64,000 nt of DNA, from the NCBI GenBank assembly GCA_028338895.1, contig JAOLAV010000001.1, forward strand, positions 9,315 to 73,314, in the 5' to 3' direction. The notes beneath the pieces were generated by a model. The model had not been told where the DNA came from. It saw only the letters and a program-made list of their open reading frames with translations, and made no database searches. Source of the stretch: Fidelibacterota bacterium (GTDB lineage: Bacteria > Fidelibacterota > Marinisomatia > Marinisomatales > UBA1611). Shown here in pieces: positions 9,777 through 19,232 of the stretch; the stretch's first letter is position 1; each line of letters opens with the position of its first letter. Both the position numbers and the translations under genes were made by a program.

Positions 9777-10748
9777 ATGGCAATATACACAAAACTTAAT
9801 CACCAAAATATTCAGTTATTAGCTAATGATTATGATCTGAAAATTATTGAGTTTTCGCCTCTTGATGGTGGAAGTGGTAACTCCAGCTACTTATTGAAAG
9901 ATGAAGTAAACAGCTATGTGTTAACTGTCTGTGATGATAAAAGACTGGAGGAAGTAACTAAATTGGGTCAACTGCTGTTGTTACTTAAATCTTATAATGT
10001 ACCTTGCAACCGCTTGATAAAAACTGTGAATGGTGAAATCTTAACCACATATACTATATCTAAAAGCATTAAACCAGTAATCCTTAAATATTTTATCGAG
10101 GGGCAGGTTGTTAAGAAACTAAATGAATCCATGCTAATTCAGGTTGGTAGAAAAGTAGCTCAGCTAAACAAGATTCCTTCACCTGATTACTTGCCAAAGA
10201 ACCATCCTTATGGACGTCATTTTTTTTCAAAAGCTTTAGGCCTAGCTATAGATAATGAATATGAGTCTTGGCTTTCTGAAGAGATTGTTTATCTGGATAA
10301 TAAAATTATTCCTAATTTACCATGTGGTTTAATTCATGGTGATTTATTCTATGATAATTTACTTTTTAAACAATCTCTGAATAAACCAATATCTTTCAAA
10401 GCTATTATAGATTTTGAAGAAGCATGTAATTATTATCTTGTTTTTGAATTGGGTATGGCTATAATTGGTTGTTGCTCAAACGATATTACAATCGACTTAA
10501 AAAAAGCACGTGCTTTTGTACATGGCTACCAACAAGTACGAAAATTAAAAGATATTGAAAAAGAAAGCCTCCAGTTATTTGTTCATTATGCCGCAGTTGC
10601 GACATCTTACTGGCGTTTTAATAAATACAATATAGAAGAACCTCGTAAAGAAATGATTGGGCATCATTGGCAAATGGTAGAGTTATCCAAGGAAGTCTCT
10701 AAAATTTCTACTACTCGCTTTTTTGATGCAATTTTTAACTCTGATTAA
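9777..10748 (+). CDS. homoserine kinase type II-like / APH-fold phosphotransferase
   Basis: The N-terminus MAIYTKL...L..YDL..I.EF.PL.GGSGNSSYLL resembles ThrB type II. Catalytic loop LIHGDLFYDNLLF (HGDxxxxN). Confidence 0.6.
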   Translation: MAIYTKLNHQNIQLLANDYDLKIIEFSPLDGGSGNSSYLLKDEVNSYVLTVCDDKRLEEVTKLGQLLLLLKSYNVPCNRLIKTVNGEILTTYTISKSIKPVILKYFIEGQVVKKLNESMLIQVGRKVAQLNKIPSPDYLPKNHPYGRHFFSKALGLAIDNEYESWLSEEIVYLDNKIIPNLPCGLIHGDLFYDNLLFKQSLNKPISFKAIIDFEEACNYYLVFELGMAIIGCCSNDITIDLKKARAFVHGYQQVRKLKDIEKESLQLFVHYAAVATSYWRFNKYNIEEPRKEMIGHHWQMVELSKEVSKISTTRFFDAIFNSD

Positions 10749-10929
10749 ATCATTCCTAAGAACAGGATTATCTTTAATATTTGAATATGATTAATTTTAT
10801 TATACTATGTTTTTCTTTATTGTCTATTATTTTTGCCCAACCAACTATTGATTTAATTGAACCTGATAACTGACAAAGAATTTGAAAAGACTAAGCAAGA
10901 ATTACTAAAAAGATTTAACGGAGCAACTA

Positions 10930-11214
10930 ATGAAATTTCTAACAATAATATTTTTAACTATTTTTGTTTCAATGCAGGCACAAGAAGAGAAACAAAAGAA
11001 AAGTAAAGATTCAATTTTCCTTGAAATAAAGGTTAAAAACTCTGATTTACAACTAGAAATAAATAACTTAAAAAAGCAATATGATTCAGAGTTAAATAAA
11101 TTAAAAGTCCATTTTAAAGAGGACAAAAAAATACTAAGAAAATCTTACAAACAAAGATTAAAAGAGCTACGAAAAACTTACAAGCAACAAAAAATTAAAA
11201 AAAAGAAAAAATAA
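10930..11214 (+). CDS. secreted Lys-rich coiled-coil-like small protein
   Basis: Signal peptide MKFLTIIFLTIFVSMQAQ followed by highly charged K/E-rich sequence. Confidence 0.45.
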   Translation: MKFLTIIFLTIFVSMQAQEEKQKKSKDSIFLEIKVKNSDLQLEINNLKKQYDSELNKLKVHFKEDKKILRKSYKQRLKELRKTYKQQKIKKKKK

Positions 11215-11317
11215 TTACCATTCTCATAAAGAATGTTTTAAATATAGTATATTCATTGGATAAGCTTTTTAGTAATGTTAAACACTGATAGGGTATGAAT
11301 AAAAAAGAATTTAGTAT

Positions 11318-12976
11318 ATGAGAGTAAAAAGAAAAATATTTGTCACTATTTCCATAATATTTTCATCCCTATTTGGGGATCATACATGGGATATAATTCA
11401 AGATGGTATTCTAACTCCAAAATGTACTATGTGTCATATTAGTGGCTCCTCTTTTGCAGAGCAGTCAGGACTTATACTCACTGAAGATGTTGCTTATGAT
11501 GAATTGATAAATGCTACTCCTAACAATATTCATGCTGCCGACGATGGACTCGAACTCGTGGGAACAAATGGGATAAGTAGCTTATATTCAAGCTTTTTAT
11601 GGGAAAAAATTAATGCCCCTAACTATGAGCATTTTTATGAAGACCATCCTGAATATGGTTCAATTATGCCTATTGGACTTGACTTTCTTACGAATGGAGA
11701 GCTTGAATTTATTAGACAATGGATCATTTCTGGTGCACCCGAAACAGGTGAAGTTGCAGATGAATCCCTACTGTCAGATACTACGATTTTTTCACCCCCT
11801 GAATTTGAACAATTAGAAATACCCGATAATGGATTACAAGTTCATATACCACCATTTAATGTAACACCTCAATCTGATAGAGAAATATTTTATTATGTTG
11901 AGTTAGATACTCAAGATTATGTCTACGTCAATAGAATTACGACAACAATGAGACCTGGAAGTCACCACTTTATACTCTATTCATATTATGAAACTGGAAT
12001 GAATAATCTTCCTCAGCCTAATATATATCGAGATCTTCATAATTTTGATGGTACCACAAACAACCAAGTATTGTATCAAATGCAATTTCAAAAATTTGTT
12101 ACAGGAAGTCAAACAAGGTTATATGATTACACATTTCCAGAGGGGGTCGCGTTGAAAGTTGACCCTGCTTTTGGTTTTGACCTTAACTCGCACTACGCAA
12201 ATTATACAAATGATACCATTATTGGAGAAGTTTATAATAACTTCTATTATTCTGACCCTGATGAGGTAGAACGAGTTGCTGAAATCTTAGATTTAATTAA
12301 TCTAGACCTCTATCTTCCCGCAAATGAAGAAACAGTTGTAAATAAAACCTTCTGGATTGGAAATGAATATGGAATTCCCATAAATATTTTTCAATTATGG
12401 TCGCATGCACACAAACTAAATACTCAGTTTAAAATTTTTAAAGTAAAAGAAGATGACCCTAACTTTCGAGAACTTGTATATATCTCTTATGATTGGGATC
12501 ATCCTCCTGTAATGAAGTATGATCCCCCTATGGCATTAGATATAAATGAAGGTTTAGAACTTGAAGCAACATATTTTAATAGTACAGACCAAACTGTTTC
12601 ATTCGGATTTTTAAGTACAGATGAAATGATGGCATTGTTTGGTCTTTTTTATACAGGGGATCAGTTAAGTAACGATAGTGATGATAGGTATATTTCTTCG
12701 GCATTTTTATTACATGACAATTATCCAAATCCTTTTAACCCAAATACTAAATTAAAATATGATTTGCCAAAAGACTCATTCGTTGATATAACAATATATG
12801 ATTTACTTGGTAATGTGGTAAATCACCTTGTAAAAAAGAATCAAAGCTCTGGCTCTAAATCAGTTCAATGGAATGCTACTAACAATCAAGGTGAACCTGT
12901 ATCTGCAGGAGTTTACTTTTATAAGATTCAAGCAGGTGAGTTTAGTCGAACCAAGAAGATGATTTTACTGAAGTAA
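11318..12976 (+). CDS. PHM/DBH-like copper type II monooxygenase-like protein with N-terminal CxxCH domain and T9SS CTD
   Basis: CTMCH...MPIG...WIISGAP N-domain. Ligand-like pattern HH(216/217)-H292-HxH(363/365)-M(437/438), with spacings of about 70-75 aa as in peptidylglycine monooxygenase (SHHFILY, SHAHKL, STDEMMALFGLFY). C-terminal YPNPFNPNTKLKY...KKMILLK. Confidence 0.6.
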   Translation: MRVKRKIFVTISIIFSSLFGDHTWDIIQDGILTPKCTMCHISGSSFAEQSGLILTEDVAYDELINATPNNIHAADDGLELVGTNGISSLYSSFLWEKINAPNYEHFYEDHPEYGSIMPIGLDFLTNGELEFIRQWIISGAPETGEVADESLLSDTTIFSPPEFEQLEIPDNGLQVHIPPFNVTPQSDREIFYYVELDTQDYVYVNRITTTMRPGSHHFILYSYYETGMNNLPQPNIYRDLHNFDGTTNNQVLYQMQFQKFVTGSQTRLYDYTFPEGVALKVDPAFGFDLNSHYANYTNDTIIGEVYNNFYYSDPDEVERVAEILDLINLDLYLPANEETVVNKTFWIGNEYGIPINIFQLWSHAHKLNTQFKIFKVKEDDPNFRELVYISYDWDHPPVMKYDPPMALDINEGLELEATYFNSTDQTVSFGFLSTDEMMALFGLFYTGDQLSNDSDDRYISSAFLLHDNYPNPFNPNTKLKYDLPKDSFVDITIYDLLGNVVNHLVKKNQSSGSKSVQWNATNNQGEPVSAGVYFYKIQAGEFSRTKKMILLK

Positions 12977-12978
12977 TT

Positions 12979-13063
12979 AAAGTCCTTAATTTTACTTTAA
13001 ACAAACTTTAAGTGTATGGCTTTTGACTTTGTTTGATTATCCCTTCTACCTTACTAAATAAAT
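12979..13063 (+). repeat. intergenic repeat family, copy E
   Basis: AAAGTCCTTAATTTTACTTTAAACAAACTTTAAGTGTATGGCTTTTGACTTTGTTTGATTATCCCTTCTACCTTACTAAATAAA. It starts 3 nt after the stop codon. Confidence 0.8.
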
Positions 13064-13394
13064 TTAAAGAAATTCCGTTGTATAATTAACGGATACATAT
13101 ATTATATTGCTATTTTTTGTAGATTCAAGGATAAGGAAATAATAGGTTTAATATGTCTTTTTTAAAAGTATTGCAAAAAGTTGAAAAAGTAATTCTGGGT
13201 GATAAAGCTGATTTAAAAAAGCCTAAGAACCATTGGAAGAAATATCGCAAACAAAAAAAAGCATAAACTCTGTATGATTCAATTTGTAAGGATTAATTTT
13301 CTCAAGAATGGATAAGAGGCACAAACATTATTATGCTATAGTATGTTGATTTTGTCATCTGATATAAGTTCTAGAAAGAAGAGTATGTTGAAAA

Positions 13395-14306
13395 TTATTT
13401 TATGAGTTTAATTTTTTGTGTTTTAACATAATCTTTATTTTTCATTATCACTATATAGGTTCCAGATGAAACAAGAGAACCATTCATATCTGAACCATTC
13501 CAGCCTAATATATGAGTTCCAGAACTCATATGCTGGCTTAATAAAGTACATACCCATTTCCCCGAAATATCATAAATAGAAATACCTATATTTTCAGAAT
13601 CCATTAAAGTGAACTTTATTTGGACTTTATTATTAAATGGATTTGGAAAAGCAGGATGTAAAACTGACTCTCGGATAGATTTTTTAGATTCTTGATCGAC
13701 AAGAACTGTAGGAGTCTCTTCATTTATTATAATATCAAATATACCGACTAAACCAAATTCTGTCTCTTCTAGAGGTATTACTAATCCTAAATGATTCTCC
13801 TCCCACTGTTCATCAATATAGGGATCTATCTCAAAATAACATTGGGTGACTAATTCTAAACCGGATGGAGTTGTCACTTTATAATGAAAGTGACGAGGTC
13901 GCCCTGCATAGTAACCTGGCCACACAGATTCAAATGAATAATTACCATTTTCATCAGTAGTCATTAGTCCTCTCAAATTATATGAATCCTCATTCGAATT
14001 CCCAGATTCACAATCTTGAAAAACAGTATAGCACCCTTGATCATTTGCATGCCATACATCTACTAAAACATTTGATATTGGTGTTTCACAATCATTCTCT
14101 TTTACTTTACCTGAAATAAAAATTCGGGTTCCAGGTTCATCTGAGTTAGCCAGAATCGTTCTATGGGGATGATTCTCCGACCAATAAGGCCCTAATATAT
14201 CAGATGAAGTAAGATCACAATCTCTATTCCCAAAGCTTGGACTTGGGATTAGAATTCCTGCTAAAGTACTTAAAAAGCTAGTTTTAAGAAACATTCTTCT
14301 TTTCAT
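13395..14306 (-). CDS. intradiol ring-cleavage dioxygenase-like protein with Tat signal and T9SS CTD
   Basis: MKRRMFLK Tat motif. GPYW...VDVWHAN..G.Y...RG...TDENGNYSF..VWPGYYAGRPRHFHYKV matches the intradiol dioxygenase core. C-terminal FPNPFNN...KIKLIK. Confidence 0.75.
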   Translation of the reverse strand: MKRRMFLKTSFLSTLAGILIPSPSFGNRDCDLTSSDILGPYWSENHPHRTILANSDEPGTRIFISGKVKENDCETPISNVLVDVWHANDQGCYTVFQDCESGNSNEDSYNLRGLMTTDENGNYSFESVWPGYYAGRPRHFHYKVTTPSGLELVTQCYFEIDPYIDEQWEENHLGLVIPLEETEFGLVGIFDIIINEETPTVLVDQESKKSIRESVLHPAFPNPFNNKVQIKFTLMDSENIGISIYDISGKWVCTLLSQHMSSGTHILGWNGSDMNGSLVSSGTYIVIMKNKDYVKTQKIKLIK

Positions 14307-14665
14307 AATTAAATATAATTACATAGGTATAAATAAAAAAATATAATTAGAGCATAAAGAAGTATAGAAGAAGATATAATTAAAGGTGAGACTTTGACCA
14401 AAGTACTACCAAATAATTAATCCTATAATTGCAGACTTTATAAAGATTATTTTTTTTGAGCTTTATTCGTATTTCAAATACTTTTTTTTACAATCTCAGA
14501 TATTATATAGCTATTTATTACAGATACATATATTGTGGCAAAATTCAATATCTTCATTCAATATGCCATAACCATATATTTCCTCAATACTATCCATGAA
14601 TAGTAATTAAATTTAGTATTCATGAAAAAAAGTCTCATCCTATCCACAATAATTTTTATTCATTT

Positions 14666-15772
14666 TTGTATAGCCAAATACGTTATAAGAATGAAATTTT
14701 TGACCAAGTTATTAAAACTGAAAATGTAGTATATGCTAATGCACCGGATCTTCCATTTATTTTTTTATTTGAATGGAATACAGTTAATATTGATTTAGAG
14801 ATGCATATTTATGAGCCTGCTGAGGATACGGTAACGAATAGACCTGTAATAATTTTTATTCATCCTGGGGCTTTTTTTACAGGTAACAATGAAGTCGATG
14901 ATATGGTGTCCTTAGCTAATTCATCGGCAAAAAGAGGATACTTATCTGTTAGTATTACTTATCGCTTAGGACTAAATGTTCTGAGCAATTATAGTAGTGA
15001 AAGAGCAGTTTATCGTGGCGTTCAAGATTTAAGCGCGGCAATACGGTATCTACGGGAAAATCATTTGCAGTATGGTATCGATAAAGAAAAAATATATGTT
15101 TGGGGATCTAGTGCCGGATCATTTGTAGGACTCCATTTAAATTATATGGAAGATGATGAGAGGCCTGAATCAACATTTGGTGGTTTTGGTGATCCTGATT
15201 TAAGATGTATTAATTGTGAAGGAAATGATTTTGATCATAATGGAAAACCAAATGGTCTTATAAGTTGTTGGGGGGCTATTGGTGATTTGAATTGGATCGA
15301 TCAAGAAAATAATATTCCTATCATTATGTTTCATGGAACATTTGATGGGGTTGTTCCATTTGAATCAGGCTATCCTTTTACGATTGATGTATTTTTACCA
15401 TTTGTTTATGGATCCAGTATAATTCATGATCAATTGAATTCTTTAAATATTGAAAATTTTTTGTATCCAGAAGATGGTGAGGATCATGAATACTGGGGAA
15501 CCTCTAATGGTACTTGGACAGATGGTCCGAACGAGTACTTTGATTCTATTAAAGAGAGTTCATACGCTTTTCTCTTTGATATCATATACCCATATCAAAT
15601 TGGAGACATTAATAATAATGGAGAAATCAGCAATTTAGATTACTTAGCACTTATAACGATGATATTGAATAATGATATTTCAAATGACTCTTTTTATTAT
15701 TCAAATTTAAACTATGATGGCCATATAAATATATTTGACTTATTTGAATTAATTAAAATTATTTATAGATGA
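14666..15772 (+). CDS. alpha/beta-hydrolase (carboxylesterase-like) with C-terminal dockerin-type domain; N-terminal signal peptide is in another frame
   Basis: IFIHPGAFFTGN (HGG-like box). GSSAGS (GxSxG). C-terminal GDINNNGEISNLDY...NLNYDGHINIFDLFELI. The track start is a TTG; the signal peptide ORF at 14622 is out of frame (see findings). Confidence 0.7.
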   Translation: MYSQIRYKNEIFDQVIKTENVVYANAPDLPFIFLFEWNTVNIDLEMHIYEPAEDTVTNRPVIIFIHPGAFFTGNNEVDDMVSLANSSAKRGYLSVSITYRLGLNVLSNYSSERAVYRGVQDLSAAIRYLRENHLQYGIDKEKIYVWGSSAGSFVGLHLNYMEDDERPESTFGGFGDPDLRCINCEGNDFDHNGKPNGLISCWGAIGDLNWIDQENNIPIIMFHGTFDGVVPFESGYPFTIDVFLPFVYGSSIIHDQLNSLNIENFLYPEDGEDHEYWGTSNGTWTDGPNEYFDSIKESSYAFLFDIIYPYQIGDINNNGEISNLDYLALITMILNNDISNDSFYYSNLNYDGHINIFDLFELIKIIYR

Positions 15773-15850
15773 TTACTCGACTTTTCTTAATAAGATAGGT
15801 TTATTTAATCTGATAACCCTATCTTCGCGTGGTTTTTTGTAAATTTAAAT

Positions 15851-16867
15851 ATGAAAAAATATATATATGTCGTTCTATTAATTGGTTTTTGGAGTTGTGA
15901 GGATACTGATGCTCCTTCTAAATTTGAATTTCACTCAAATAACAGAGTCTCATCTCTTCTTATAACTTCAAGTGAGTACAGTAATTGGATAAACAATGAT
16001 GGTTTTCGAGATTATAGTTTACGAATGCCTCTATTTAATGAGATTTATGAAACCTTTCCAGATGAATATGATTTTATTTTTCTTGTTTTAAATGAGCCAA
16101 ACATTCCATCCAATTTATCTTACTATGGGATGTTGATTGGGGTCTCTAATGATGTTGAAGGCATAGGTAAAACTATGTTTGATTATTCGAGTGATTATGG
16201 TTCTACAGGTAAACTAAAAGCTGTAATGCAATTAACAGGATTAGAATATTTAAAATACGGCCCCTCTCTTCACGAGCTTGCGCACCAATGGGCAAACTCT
16301 GCACTTCCTACTCATAATGTAGATGAAGCGGGTGATAATTTAACTTCATATCCATATTGGGGTCATTGGGGATTTACTGGTGGAAGTACTCCTGGCCAAT
16401 TAGGAGGCTTTAATCAGAGTTCATTAATTGATAATGGAGATAGCTCATATACGGTTGATCATTTTGGTCCTTTTGCAAATGGTGGTAATGGAGTTCCGTA
16501 TAATGAATTAGAGTTATACCTTATGGGTTTCCTACCAATTTCTTCTGTTACAGACTTTGATATGTTTACCAACATAACCTCCTTAAGTGTAAATGAGACA
16601 ACTTTTGATTTAACAGCTACCAAGACTACAATTACACCTAACTACTTAGAGACCTCTCTTGGAGAAAGACTTCCCTCCACAACCGATTCACAAAAAGATT
16701 TTAAGTTATTAGTCGTTGTCTTAACAGATGCACCATTATCTGATGAGGAATGGGGAAAAGTCGATGCCACGGCAGAATGGTTTTCTAAGAAAGAAGATGA
16801 CGGTACAAGTCTTTATAACTTTTGGGAAGCAACAAACGGAGTTGCTTCTATTACAATAGAAAATTAA
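15851..16867 (+). CDS. putative Zn-metallopeptidase lipoprotein (HExxH)
   Basis: Lipobox IGFWSC. LHELAHQW is an HExxH motif. Confidence 0.5.
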   Translation: MKKYIYVVLLIGFWSCEDTDAPSKFEFHSNNRVSSLLITSSEYSNWINNDGFRDYSLRMPLFNEIYETFPDEYDFIFLVLNEPNIPSNLSYYGMLIGVSNDVEGIGKTMFDYSSDYGSTGKLKAVMQLTGLEYLKYGPSLHELAHQWANSALPTHNVDEAGDNLTSYPYWGHWGFTGGSTPGQLGGFNQSSLIDNGDSSYTVDHFGPFANGGNGVPYNELELYLMGFLPISSVTDFDMFTNITSLSVNETTFDLTATKTTITPNYLETSLGERLPSTTDSQKDFKLLVVVLTDAPLSDEEWGKVDATAEWFSKKEDDGTSLYNFWEATNGVASITIEN

Positions 16868-16976
16868 AATATCATTTTACTTTTAATACACTTCTAAATA
16901 TCCTCCTACTGGGCGTACTATTTTTCACATATTGTATATATTCTTTCTTATTCAATAAATAAATGAAAAAAATTTT

Positions 16977-18470
16977 ATGAAAGGTAATATAATATTTTTA
17001 CTCTTTGCTTTTTTAAATGCTCAAGAATGGGAGAGTTCTTTTAGCGCTGGTAATTATGATGAGAATAATAATCTAATGGGTGGATCTGAAGTCTTACATT
17101 TAGTTGCTCATAAAAATAGATTATTCGCATCTATCAGTTACTGGCAAGATGAATCTAATATATGGTATGGAGGAAATAATACTAATATTGGTTGGTCTCA
17201 AATTATTTCTCTAGATGGTCCAAATAACACCTGGTCTGTAGATTTAGACCTTGATTCTTATTACTTAAGACCTGAGATTTTAAAAGAAATTATTTTCACT
17301 AAAAATGCTGGTGGAAATCTATTAGAGACTCCAGATACTCTATTGATCGTTGCGGCTTACTCTTCCAACTATATTTCTGGACCTGTGATTGCGAGTGCTT
17401 TTGTTCGAAATAATAATGATTGGGATCAAACAATTATACATCAAGGGAGTTTGCCTGCCGATGAAGATTACTCCTTGAGAGATATGGAATTATACACTGA
17501 TCAGATAACGGGAGTTGAGCATTTACTTATTTCAGTTGGAACAAAAGGTCTTTTTTCTGGAAAATATAATCCAAGCATTGCCGGTAAAATAGAATGGAGT
17601 CCAGAGCCTGAGATTGGCCCCTTAAACATTCGTCCACTGGGTATTGCGATTGCAAACAATTTTTTATATTTCTCCTCCGGGAATAAACTATATGTTCGGA
17701 ATGATGGCGAAAACCCGACTTATTCTATTGCTCATGATTTTAGCGATTTAAGTTCAAATATTAATTCCGATGTCGGAGGAGTAAGAGGCTTAACAGTCAT
17801 AAAAAATGAAAATGAAAATAATGATTCAATGATTTTAATGTGGTGTCCAAATGGACAATCAAAAGGGCTAATTTTTCGCTTAGAACCTAATTTGAACGGA
17901 GGATTTAACAGAGTTTATGAAACAAAACTTTCATTACTTGTAGAAGATTATTTGCCTGGTGCTTCCGTTAATTATTTACTTGGAGCATACAATGAATTTT
18001 TAAAAGTATTTAATCCTTTGGAAAATGAGTATGTCCACATCGTTGGCTTTGAATCTACAATACAAGGTGGTAACTATCCATCTTGGAATGGATATTATGG
18101 AGGAGCATTATTTGCTGTAAGAAATAGTAATGCTGAGTATACATTAGAACAGGTCAATGATTCTATATCCTTTGATGAAACTCCATTAGTTGCAACTAGA
18201 TGTTATGTTCAATCACCATTTAATGGCGAGAGTGCTATTTATTTTGGAGGTTTTGATCCAAATGGTTTTTTATCAACGAATAAAGCTTGGATTTACAAAC
18301 AAATATTTTCTTTAAGTGGAGATATTAATAATGATGGAGTTATCAATATCTTGGATGTTTTACAATTAGTGAACTTAGTTTTATCTAGTGAATATGAAGA
18401 AAATGCAGACTTAAATAGTGACTCTGCTGTTAGTATTTTTGATTTACTGCAACTGATCGATAAAATCTAA
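16977..18470 (+). CDS. secreted protein with C-terminal dockerin-type domain
   Basis: Signal peptide. C-terminal GDINNDGVINILDVLQLVNLVL...DLNSDSAVSIFDLLQLIDKI. Confidence 0.65.
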   Translation: MKGNIIFLLFAFLNAQEWESSFSAGNYDENNNLMGGSEVLHLVAHKNRLFASISYWQDESNIWYGGNNTNIGWSQIISLDGPNNTWSVDLDLDSYYLRPEILKEIIFTKNAGGNLLETPDTLLIVAAYSSNYISGPVIASAFVRNNNDWDQTIIHQGSLPADEDYSLRDMELYTDQITGVEHLLISVGTKGLFSGKYNPSIAGKIEWSPEPEIGPLNIRPLGIAIANNFLYFSSGNKLYVRNDGENPTYSIAHDFSDLSSNINSDVGGVRGLTVIKNENENNDSMILMWCPNGQSKGLIFRLEPNLNGGFNRVYETKLSLLVEDYLPGASVNYLLGAYNEFLKVFNPLENEYVHIVGFESTIQGGNYPSWNGYYGGALFAVRNSNAEYTLEQVNDSISFDETPLVATRCYVQSPFNGESAIYFGGFDPNGFLSTNKAWIYKQIFSLSGDINNDGVINILDVLQLVNLVLSSEYEENADLNSDSAVSIFDLLQLIDKI

Positions 18471-18675
18471 ACAAATATCATTTCTTTTAAAGTTCTAGAG
18501 TTCAGAAATCAAAATTTCTCAAGTTTAGCTCATTAGTAATATTTCTTATTCTATTTTGAGTAAATTAAAAAACTAAAGTTTCTATTGACCTCTTAAAACG
18601 AACTAAAAAACATAACGAAATAGAAGTACAATAATAGAAAAAATAATGATAATTAAAATTTTTGTAATTTGAAAT

Positions 18676-18963
18676 ATGAAATCAAAAATAAAATCAGACT
18701 ATAAAGTAAATCAAAATATTTATTATAGATCCGGAATCTTTTTTATGTTTATTACTTTAATTATTAACCTGTCAACAAGATTAGGAATAGCTCCATTAGA
18801 TTGGAAATCTTTACGTCTTTTTTCAGGGTCAGTCGGTATATCATTCTATTTTTATGGGATTTATATCTATTATAAAAAAACACGGGATTTATCATTTTTA
18901 AAACAAACTTTTTTAGTGCTATTTATAGGAGTATTCATCTTATTTATATTTTATCTTACATAA
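18676..18963 (+). CDS. small membrane protein
   Basis: 95-aa ORF with three hydrophobic segments. Confidence 0.4.
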   Translation: MKSKIKSDYKVNQNIYYRSGIFFMFITLIINLSTRLGIAPLDWKSLRLFSGSVGISFYFYGIYIYYKKTRDLSFLKQTFLVLFIGVFILFIFYLT

Positions 18964-19029
18964 TTAGGCACAAAGGATAATACGGATTCTTGTATAGTTC
19001 TAATTTTCCAATCGTGCTCTAAATTTTCG

Positions 19030-19212
19030 CTAAGAAAGCCACCTTACTATTAAAGGTATTGGGTCATATATACCTGTTACAATTAGGTATAAGAATACAA
19101 TCAAAATAATAGTGAGTAAAGTTATAGTGAAAAGCCCAAAAGAAAATATCCTAAAAATTTTATTCCAGGAGTACCAAATAAAATCAAAGAAGATTGTAAT
19201 TATCTTTTTCAT
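19030..19212 (-). CDS. small membrane protein
   Basis: 60-aa ORF with two hydrophobic segments. Confidence 0.3.
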   Translation of the reverse strand: MKKIITIFFDFIWYSWNKIFRIFSFGLFTITLLTIILIVFLYLIVTGIYDPIPLIVRWLS

Positions 19213-19232
19213 TCTACACCTTCGGTGATTAA

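Noticed and set aside
10787-11006. 28-aa signal-peptide ORF (10787-10873) plus a TTG-started 49-aa ORF with a SHOCT-like LITDKEFEKTKQELLKRF motif (10857-11006); considered as a third frameshifted gene
   Set aside because: Fusing them needs an indel that is not in a homopolymer. The second ORF overlaps the better-supported 10930-11214 gene. The evidence is too thin.
13153-13266. 37-aa Lys-rich ORF downstream of repeat copy E
   Set aside because: No recognisable family. It was kept only as context for the repeat: if the repeat is a promoter, this is the only plus-strand ORF it could drive there.
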